Source: a virus. From it: a stretch of 64,000 nt of DNA. The DNA lies in the IMG/VR virus record IMGVR_UViG_3300009550_000009; one strand, 5' to 3'. The notes below the pieces were generated by a model that was not told the origin of the DNA, did no database searches, and saw nothing but the letters and a program-made list of their open reading frames with translations. Shown here piece by piece: positions 57,651-64,000 of this stretch (the first letter of the stretch is position 1; every line of letters starts with the position of its first letter). The position numbers and the translations under genes are program-made.

Positions 57651-58824
57651 AATTTCATCAACAGAATCAAAACCAATGGCAGAAGTTAAGGGTATGACTG
57701 TGTTCAACACAAAAGATGTTGACACTAAGAAACAACCCATGTTTTTTGGACAACCATTAGGTGTTCAAAGATATGATAACTTCAAATATCCACAGTTTGA
57801 AAATTTAACTAAACAACAACTTGGATATTTTTGGAGACCAGAAGAGGTGTCTCTACAAAAAGACCGTGGTGATTACCAAACATTACGTCCAGAACAGAAG
57901 CATATCTATACTTCTAACCTAAAGTATCAGATCATGCTTGACTCAGTTCAAGGTCGTGCACCCGGAATGGCATTTTTGCCATACTGTTCATTACCAGAAC
58001 TTGAAGCATGTATGGAATGTTGGTCATTTATGGAAATGATACACTCACGTTCTTACACTTATGTAATTAAGAATGTCTATTCTGATCCATCTGAAGTATT
58101 TGATACAATCATTAATGATCCAAGAATACTAGAACGTGCTGCAAGTGTTACAGGTTCTTATGATGACTTTATCAACGAGGCACATGAGTATGATACTGGA
58201 AATCAATGGAAATCAGAGAACAAAGGTTCTTATCTGAGAGATTATACAAGAAAAGAATTAAAAAGAAAACTTTATAGGGCAGTCGCTAATGTCAATATTT
58301 TGGAAGGTATCCGCTTTTATGTATCTTTCGCTTGTAGTTTTGCTTTTGGTGAGCTTAAACTCATGGAAGGATCTGCGAAAATCATATCTCTTATTGCAAG
58401 AGATGAGAATCAGCATCTGGCAATAACACAAAACATTTTAAATAATTGGAGAAAGGGTGATGATCCAGAGATGCAACAGATTATGAAAGAGGAAGAAGAG
58501 TGGACTATATCAATGTTTGACAAGTGTGTTAATGAAGAGAAAGCATGGGCAAAGTATTTGTTCAAAGATGGTAGTATGATTGGTTTAAATGACAAACTAC
58601 TTCATCAGTATGTTGAGTGGGTATGTAATCGTAGATTAAGATCGATTCATCTTAAACCACAGTATGATATTCCTGCAAGAAACAATCCATTACCTTGGAC
58701 TGAGCACTGGATATCTTCAAAAGGATTGCAGGTTGCACCGCAGGAGACAGAGGTTGAATCTTATGTTGTGGGCGGAATAAAACAAGATGTCAAGAAAGAC
58801 ACATTTAGTGGGTTTAAACTGTAG
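57640..58824 (+). CDS. nrdB: class Ia ribonucleotide reductase beta
   Basis: FWRPEEV, EMIHSRSY, EGIRFY, RDENQH, APQETE. Confidence 0.98.
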   Translation: MQFKISSTESKPMAEVKGMTVFNTKDVDTKKQPMFFGQPLGVQRYDNFKYPQFENLTKQQLGYFWRPEEVSLQKDRGDYQTLRPEQKHIYTSNLKYQIMLDSVQGRAPGMAFLPYCSLPELEACMECWSFMEMIHSRSYTYVIKNVYSDPSEVFDTIINDPRILERAASVTGSYDDFINEAHEYDTGNQWKSENKGSYLRDYTRKELKRKLYRAVANVNILEGIRFYVSFACSFAFGELKLMEGSAKIISLIARDENQHLAITQNILNNWRKGDDPEMQQIMKEEEEWTISMFDKCVNEEKAWAKYLFKDGSMIGLNDKLLHQYVEWVCNRRLRSIHLKPQYDIPARNNPLPWTEHWISSKGLQVAPQETEVESYVVGGIKQDVKKDTFSGFKL

Positions 58825-58857
58825 GAAGTAGACTAGATAGTAATAATCTATCTAATC

Positions 58858-59070
58858 ATGGATGCACTCTCATGCCCTTGGCCTGATCCTTTTTACAGAA
58901 CTTATATGAACGGAAGACTTAAAAAAATTGACATGGAATCAAGACTTCTTAAAATTAAAAGAGGTCTTGACGAACACTCTTGGTATCCAGAGTGGAATGA
59001 TACTCAAAGAGGTGCTGCACAACGCATACTAAATAATGCGTTAGAAGTGCTTCATGAGTATGACTATTGA
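58858..59070 (+). CDS. hypothetical protein
   Basis: ORF coupled to the next gene. Confidence 0.6.
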   Translation: MDALSCPWPDPFYRTYMNGRLKKIDMESRLLKIKRGLDEHSWYPEWNDTQRGAAQRILNNALEVLHEYDY

Positions 59071-59500
59071 TTATGAAAATCCCTGGCTATATAAAGGTTC
59101 AAATTTCTCTTCTAATGATATTGGCGATTTCTTCGGTTACGTCTACATCATTACAAATAATAAGAACGGTAGGGAATATATCGGACGTAAATATTTTTGG
59201 CAGTTCAGAACTCCTAAAGGTAAAAAACGAAAAGTAAAATCAGAATCTGATTGGAAGAAGTATTATGGGTCTTGTCCGGAACTTAAAGAAGAAATTGGAC
59301 GATTGGGTAAACAAAATTTTAGTCGAACTATCTTATCATTACATTATACAAAGGGCAAAACAAACTACGAAGAAACCAGACAACTCTTTACGAACAGGGT
59401 TCTTACGGAGCAGCTTGACGATGGAACCCCAAAATACTACAATAGCAACATACTCTCAAGATATTTTAGAAAAGATTACTATGAAGGGAACATCGACTGA
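59054..59500 (+). CDS. short GIY-YIG-like nuclease
   Basis: GYVY.ITN...REYIGRK..YYGS..E..YYN. Confidence 0.75.
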   Translation: MSMTIDYENPWLYKGSNFSSNDIGDFFGYVYIITNNKNGREYIGRKYFWQFRTPKGKKRKVKSESDWKKYYGSCPELKEEIGRLGKQNFSRTILSLHYTKGKTNYEETRQLFTNRVLTEQLDDGTPKYYNSNILSRYFRKDYYEGNID

Positions 59501-59684
59501 GGAGACCGTATACTCAACACGTAAGTGGTCTATTGCTCGTATAGATGAAGCAAAACCAGTCGCCGATAAAAATGCTATATACAAAGAGTTTGCAGAATGG
59601 ATAGAACTTGAGATCGGTGACGATGATATAGAAGTTTTATCACTAGAACCACTAGACGATTACTACCGAGAATCAGAGGGTTGA
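59481..59684 (+). CDS. hypothetical protein
   Basis: MKGTSTEE..R.WS..RI..AIYKEFAEWIE; start taken at ATG 59481. Confidence 0.6.
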   Translation: MKGTSTEETVYSTRKWSIARIDEAKPVADKNAIYKEFAEWIELEIGDDDIEVLSLEPLDDYYRESEG

Positions 59685-59709
59685 CAACTCTCAGATAGTA
59701 TGTCATAAT
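59681..59709 (+). promoter_or_regulatory. sigma70 promoter for the manA RNA
   Basis: TTGACA-17 nt-CATAAT with extended TG. Confidence 0.8.
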
Positions 59710-59714
59710 AAGTT

Positions 59715-59902
59715 TGTCGGACGCGACATAGGGAGTGACTGAATAAACTTACTGGCATATTGCTGGTTAAGGTGATGAGACAGAGGTGGTGCTCGCTGTC
59801 AGGAATGGCAGAACTATCTTACCAGATAGGTCTTAGGCAAAGATGTATTTACTCTGTAGTAATGCCCATCTTTTGTTGGTATACAGGAATCCAACCTCCC
59901 CC
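59715..59902 (+). ncRNA. manA RNA motif (structured cis-regulatory RNA candidate)
   Basis: About 190-nt GC-richer non-coding stretch closed by GGGAG(59731)/CTCCC(59900), with several internal helices, upstream of a mannose-6-phosphate isomerase gene; this is the defining context of the manA motif in cyanophages. Confidence 0.8.
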
Positions 59903-59910
59903 TTTCTTTT

Positions 59911-59960
59911 AAGACCTAAGATGCAACTTTACAAGTGGGGCAGAGGGTCTTATTTTTTTT
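59911..59960 (+). terminator. terminator-like hairpin between manA RNA and the PMI gene
   Basis: AAGACC...GGTCTT closing stem followed by A-T8. Confidence 0.55.
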
Positions 59961-59967
59961 AATTGAT

Positions 59968-60303
59968 ATGAAAGTAGATAAACCATGGGGATCATATGAG
60001 GTATTGTTGGACGAACCAACATACAAAGTAAAAAGAATTATAATCTTACCTCAACAACAACTCTCTCTACAGTATCATAATCTTAGAGAGGAGCATTGGA
60101 CAATTGTAGAAGGTAGTGGAACTATACATGTTAATGGTGTGGATTTCCAAGGTATTGTTGGTGATAGAATTATGATTAACAAAAAAGAGGTTCACCGAGC
60201 AAAGGCTAATCAAGAACGTTTAGTTTTTATTGAGGTTCAATTAGGTGAATGTAAAGAAGATGATATTATTAGATTAGAGGATCAGTATGGTAGAGTCAAA
60301 TGA
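59968..60303 (+). CDS. type II mannose-6-phosphate isomerase cupin domain
   Basis: KPWGSY..VKRI...LSLQYH..R.EHW..HR..IEVQ.G..EDDIIRLED.YGR. Confidence 0.88.
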   Translation: MKVDKPWGSYEVLLDEPTYKVKRIIILPQQQLSLQYHNLREEHWTIVEGSGTIHVNGVDFQGIVGDRIMINKKEVHRAKANQERLVFIEVQLGECKEDDIIRLEDQYGRVK

Positions 60304-60548
60304 TTATTGTAAGATGCAAAGATTGTAATAAAGAGATAACCAGTAGTAAGAAACCAGAGTCATGTGGATGTCCTAACATGTTGGTTGTAACAGGCGATTC
60401 TTTTACGGCAAAAAATCTAAAGAAAGTTATAATGTTAAATAATAATACACAAAAAACAGATGCGAAAGCATTAACACCAGAAGAACTTGCTTGGCAAGAA
60501 CAAAGAAGAAAAAGAAAAGTCAGAAAACTTGACTTTGAAATACGTTAA
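60300..60548 (+). CDS. small Zn-binding hypothetical protein
   Basis: CKDC...CGC.N; C-terminal RKVRKLDFEIR. Confidence 0.7.
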   Translation: MIIVRCKDCNKEITSSKKPESCGCPNMLVVTGDSFTAKNLKKVIMLNNNTQKTDAKALTPEELAWQEQRRKRKVRKLDFEIR

Positions 60549-60556
60549 GTCTTAAC

Positions 60557-60916
60557 ATGATCGATACACTAATCAGAGAGTTCCCAGTAACTACTGTTAC
60601 TAAACTCAAAAGAAAAAACGATTCTTACACTAAAGAAGAAGTTAATTTACTCATTGAAGCAGCTGTTAAAGAGGCAGTGAATCAAGCAAGAGAGATTGAT
60701 GAGATATCAATGGCAAAGCATAATCGCGATGCCACTGTTATCAGTATGATTCTTGGATTCACCACTCTTGCATTATTTGTTGATGGTCTATTAAGAATGT
60801 TAGGAATCATTCCACCATTTATGCATATTGATGTTAATATTTTAGATAAGATAGAGACTGATATAATTGATAAAATAAAACAAGTTCCTATTCAAAAGTT
60901 ATTTCAACGACAATGA
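60557..60916 (+). CDS. hypothetical membrane protein
   Basis: HNR.A..ISMILGF..LALFVDGLLR.LGIIPPF. Confidence 0.7.
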   Translation: MIDTLIREFPVTTVTKLKRKNDSYTKEEVNLLIEAAVKEAVNQAREIDEISMAKHNRDATVISMILGFTTLALFVDGLLRMLGIIPPFMHIDVNILDKIETDIIDKIKQVPIQKLFQRQ

Positions 60917-61140
60917 ATGATTTTACTGTTTTTATCTTCCTTATATTTTTTGTAGGTGTATTTGGCGCAACATTTGCTTTCATGTGGAAGATGATGACTA
61001 CCACTATTGATTCTCTAAACAAACCAATCAAAAGACAAAATATTCACCCAGAAATGACAGACGTTAAATCAGGTGAAGAACTTTTAGTATTTAATGTTGA
61101 AGATGATGACGATGATGATGTCATAATAATTCGTAGATAA
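60913..61140 (+). CDS. DUF2973-like membrane protein
   Basis: TM helix then HPEM.DV..GEELLVF. Confidence 0.65.
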   Translation: MNDFTVFIFLIFFVGVFGATFAFMWKMMTTTIDSLNKPIKRQNIHPEMTDVKSGEELLVFNVEDDDDDDVIIIRR

Positions 61141-61166
61141 TATATAATATACGTCGCCATACTACA

Positions 61167-61298
61167 ATGCCTGATAAAAAGGTTGCTTTAGAAAGATTAC
61201 ATGAAGATTACCGAGCAATTGAGAGGAAAAAGAAGGTAAGTAAAGAAGATGAGGCTATAATAGAATTATATACAACTGGTCGGGGATCCGATGCTTGA
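61167..61298 (+). CDS. 43-aa hypothetical protein
   Basis: MPDKKVALERLHEDYRAIERKK...; fills an intergenic gap. Confidence 0.45.
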   Translation: MPDKKVALERLHEDYRAIERKKKVSKEDEAIIELYTTGRGSDA

Positions 61299-61332
61299 CA
61301 TTATCACAGATTAAATTTAAAATAAACTGTAA

Positions 61333-61548
61333 ATGTATAAAGCAATGACGCTTAAAAACAAATTTAAAAGGGATATTCACACCCTACTTGGTGCTGTCAA
61401 CAAAGAATTTTTTCTTGATGTATCTCATCCAAAACTTTTTAAAAAAGTTAAAAGATATTACAATAATAAAGAAAATATAGAATTTACTGGCAATCACTAT
61501 GAGGATTATGATATAATGATGGAAGTTATACTAGAGGATCTCTCATGA
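61333..61548 (+). CDS. hypothetical protein
   Basis: Preceded by TTGACA-17 nt-TAAAAT (61295-61323). Confidence 0.65.
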   Translation: MYKAMTLKNKFKRDIHTLLGAVNKEFFLDVSHPKLFKKVKRYYNNKENIEFTGNHYEDYDIMMEVILEDLS

Positions 61549-61772
61549 ATGTAATTCTAGAACGTTTCCCATACCGATACATTGAAATGGATGACTTACT
61601 TCCAAACGGTTTTAAAGATTATCGTATCCAAAAGTTTAATGAATCAACTCAAAGATGGAGAGACATGTATCTTTGCGATAATTTTATGCAAATAGATACA
61701 GCGATGGAGGATTTTGAATATACTAAATGGTTAGATCCAGAAGATGTCCCCTGCTATACCAATACTAAATAA
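61545..61772 (+). CDS. conserved hypothetical protein
   Basis: ERFPYRY..DYRIQK..DMYLCDN..AMEDFEYTKWLDP. Confidence 0.75.
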   Translation: MNVILERFPYRYIEMDDLLPNGFKDYRIQKFNESTQRWRDMYLCDNFMQIDTAMEDFEYTKWLDPEDVPCYTNTK

Positions 61773-61789
61773 AGAAAATTAATAAAACC

Positions 61790-61996
61790 ATGGCAGCAAA
61801 AGGAAAAGCAGCAAAGTCTGCAACAGGTGCTTCTATGTCAAAATATGATGTAGAGGTAGAGGCAAGACTCAAAGCATTGGAAGAAGCAGTCGCTGAATTG
61901 AAATCACATACACATGATAGTGATGTCAGTAGCGATCATGATACACTTGTAAGTATGATTGAAACACTTCACGATGCCTTCCCCGGAAGATTCTAA
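61790..61996 (+). CDS. small hypothetical protein
   Basis: KSATGASMSKYDVEVEARLKALE; CTAAATA upstream. Confidence 0.7.
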   Translation: MAAKGKAAKSATGASMSKYDVEVEARLKALEEAVAELKSHTHDSDVSSDHDTLVSMIETLHDAFPGRF

Positions 61997-61998
61997 GA

Positions 61999-62027
61999 TT
62001 GACATTTAATTCTTAATTTCTTATAAT
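61999..62027 (+). promoter_or_regulatory. consensus sigma70 promoter
   Basis: TTGACA-17 nt-TATAAT. Confidence 0.85.
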
Positions 62028-62047
62028 AATTATAATACGATAATCGC

Positions 62048-63181
62048 ATGAGTAAATTTAAAAAAACTGCACTTGTTCTCGGTGCTGGTGGCTTTATTGG
62101 AAGTCACATGGTTAAGCGACTTAAATCCGAAGGATACTGGGTGCGTGGAGTTGATTTAAAATATCCTGAATTTTCAGACAGTGAAGCACATGAATTTATT
62201 CAAGGTGATTTACGTGATGTTCATTTTGTAAAACGTGTCCTTGAATTTAAAGGTTATCAAGGTAATTTTTATAATTCAGTTCCTTATCAACACATTGAAC
62301 CATTTGATGAGATATATCAATTTGCTGCTGATATGGGTGGTGCAGGGTTTGTATTCACAGGAGAGAATGATGCAGACATCATGCACAACTCAGTATCAAT
62401 TAATTTAAATGTTTTAGAAGAACAAAGAAAGTTGAATGAAACATTCAATGGTGAAAAGAAAGATTGGACAGAAGCAAATAGATCTAAGTTACTCTGGAAA
62501 ACAAAGATATTTTATTCTGGGTCTGCATGTATGTATCCAGAACACAATCAACTAGACCCTAATAACCCAGACTGTCGTGAAGAATCCGCTTACCCTGCTA
62601 ACCCTGATTCCGAATACGGATGGGAAAAACTCTTTTCTGAGAGGTTATATCTCTCTTATAATCGTAATCATGGTATCCCTGTTAGGATTGCTCGTTACCA
62701 TAACATCTTCGGGCCAGAAGGAACATGGAAAGGAGGAAGAGAAAAGGCTCCCGCTGCCATCTGCAGAAAGGTTGCCTACGCTACCAGCGGAGATGAGATT
62801 GAAGTATGGGGAGACGGAGAACAAACAAGATCCTTCCTCTACATCGACGAATGTATTGAAGCAACCCGTAGGCTTATGGATTCCGATTTTCTAGGGCCTG
62901 TAAACATAGGGTCTGAGGAGATGGTTACTATTAATCAATTGGTAGAGACTGCTGCTAAAGTTGCAAATAAAACAATTAAGAAAAATCATATTGATGGCCC
63001 TCTAGGAGTGCGTGGTCGTAATTCTAACAATGATCTTATTCGTGAGAAACTTGGGTGGGATTATGAGCAAACTTTAGAGGAAGGTATCAAGAAAACATAT
63101 GGTTGGATAAGTTGGCAAATATCTAAAGAACTTTATCAGGAAGCAGATCCAATTTTAAACGAGGCAATGATTGCAGGTTAA
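62048..63181 (+). CDS. GDP-mannose 3,5-epimerase-like SDR
   Basis: GAGGFIG, FAADMGGAGF, SACMYPE, YGWEK, GGREKAPAAICRK, GVRGRNS match the GME subfamily. Confidence 0.88.
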   Translation: MSKFKKTALVLGAGGFIGSHMVKRLKSEGYWVRGVDLKYPEFSDSEAHEFIQGDLRDVHFVKRVLEFKGYQGNFYNSVPYQHIEPFDEIYQFAADMGGAGFVFTGENDADIMHNSVSINLNVLEEQRKLNETFNGEKKDWTEANRSKLLWKTKIFYSGSACMYPEHNQLDPNNPDCREESAYPANPDSEYGWEKLFSERLYLSYNRNHGIPVRIARYHNIFGPEGTWKGGREKAPAAICRKVAYATSGDEIEVWGDGEQTRSFLYIDECIEATRRLMDSDFLGPVNIGSEEMVTINQLVETAAKVANKTIKKNHIDGPLGVRGRNSNNDLIREKLGWDYEQTLEEGIKKTYGWISWQISKELYQEADPILNEAMIAG

Positions 63182-63183
63182 TT

Positions 63184-64000
63184 ATGAGAGTTAGTATATT
63201 GGGCTCCGGTGGACAGATAGGAGCATATCTTGCAGAATATTTTCGCAAGAAAAATTATGAAGTCTTAGAGTTTGATATTACAAACGGTCAACATGAAGAT
63301 ATGACTGTGATTCCTAATCCAGAATTGCATCGTAAAATAATGTTGTCAGATTTTGTTTTCTTTTTAGCATTTGATGTTGGTGGATCGCATTATCTTAAAA
63401 AATATCAACACACATTTCAGTTCATAGATAACAACACTAGACTGATGGCAAACACATTTGGGTTATTGCAAAAATATAATAAACCTTTTGTATTTGCATC
63501 ATCACAAATGAGTAACATGTCATACTCACCTTATGGTGTGTTAAAAAGAGTTGGCGAACTTTATACCAAGTCTCTTGGTGGATTAATTGTCAAATTTTGG
63601 AATGTTTATGGCATTGAAAAGAATATGGAAAAGGCACATGTCATCACAGATTTCATTCGTAAAGGATTTGAAACTGGTGTCATAGATATGATGACAGATG
63701 GAACTGAAGCAAGGGAGTTTCTTTATGCAGAAGACTGTTGCGAAGCGTTGGAAGCTGTCATGGCAAATTATGATAGACTTACTTCTGACGACGAACTTCA
63801 TATTACTACTGGTAATTGCACAACTATACTGGAAATTGCACAGAGTATACAAAAATTATTTTCCAACATTGGAAAAGAAGTTGTGATCAGACGATCAGAA
63901 TCTGTAGATGAAGTGCAGAAAGATGCCCGAAACATATCAGATCCTTACATACAAAAATTTTGGAAATCTAAAACCTCTGTTAAAGAGGGTGTTTCAAAAG
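63184..64000 (+). CDS. NAD-dependent epimerase/dehydratase, 3'-truncated
   Basis: MRVSILGSGGQIG..AFDVGG..YGVLK..NVYG..REFLY; frame open to the window end; not in the ORF track. Confidence 0.85.
   Translation, partial: MRVSILGSGGQIGAYLAEYFRKKNYEVLEFDITNGQHEDMTVIPNPELHRKIMLSDFVFFLAFDVGGSHYLKKYQHTFQFIDNNTRLMANTFGLLQKYNKPFVFASSQMSNMSYSPYGVLKRVGELYTKSLGGLIVKFWNVYGIEKNMEKAHVITDFIRKGFETGVIDMMTDGTEAREFLYAEDCCEALEAVMANYDRLTSDDELHITTGNCTTILEIAQSIQKLFSNIGKEVVIRRSESVDEVQKDARNISDPYIQKFWKSKTSVKEGVSK

Noticed and set aside
55356-58824. Introns or inteins in nrdA/nrdB (also checked gp17, gp41, gp43)
   Set aside because: Frames are continuous apart from the single gp43 base, lengths are normal and no splicing motifs are present
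59054-59500. Mobile homing endonuclease next to nrdB
   Set aside because: Only a 148-aa catalytic-type domain with no DNA-binding extension and no intron context; more likely a resident nuclease
62048-63181. Phage ascorbate biosynthesis via GME
   Set aside because: No downstream L-galactose pathway enzymes are visible; glycan precursor supply is the simpler explanation
346-63852. All minus-strand ORFs and nested alternative-frame plus-strand ORFs in the track
   Set aside because: They shadow well-supported plus-strand genes, lack family motifs and reflect codon bias
1-64000. CCSGG/GGSCC excess as a nanopore methylation miscall (A>G, T>C)
   Set aside because: Miscalls would also hit other reading frames and cause missense changes. 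All CCSGG seen are synonymous Pro-Gly, and GTAC is avoided by several different substitutions including GGA-AC. Raw reads would still be the decisive test
1-64000. CRISPR array, tRNA or rRNA genes
   Set aside because: No repeat-spacer periodicity, and no cloverleaf or T-loop signature in any intergenic gap, including 59685-59967

Overview
AT-rich 64-kb segment of a T4-like marine cyanomyovirus, most likely a Prochlorococcus phage of the P-SSM2 type (inferred from pebS, a psbN-like gene and the manA RNA). All credible genes are on the + strand. Gene order: structural genes, gp17-gp18-gp19-gp20-gp21-gp22-gp23, gp3-uvsY-uvsW-gp55-gp47-gp46, a sugar-nucleotide/sulfotransferase cassette, peptidase-VWA plus CobS-like AAA, pebS, gp45, speD, gp44, a DruA/DUF4338-like gene, gp62, regA, PMM plus a DUF262-like insert, hsp20, gp43 (one-base frameshift), psbN-like, pyrE, uvsX, gp41, mazG, a late cluster of modular basic proteins, gp61, nrdA/nrdB, the manA RNA with a PMI cupin, and NDP-sugar epimerases. 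Four unexplained signals stand out. (1) GTAC, GGWCC and CCWGG are purged across the window by synonymous codon choice, and the five surviving CCWGG sites all overlap RGCY. (2) A set of proteins carries T4-like capsid-targeting leaders or looks like Glu-delimited polyproteins that the prohead protease could cut into many small injected peptides. (3) The manA RNA has a possible terminator/antiterminator platform. (4) Terminator hairpins carry the -35 box of the next promoter in their loop. All annotations come from recognising sequence by eye; no searches were run and counts are manual.
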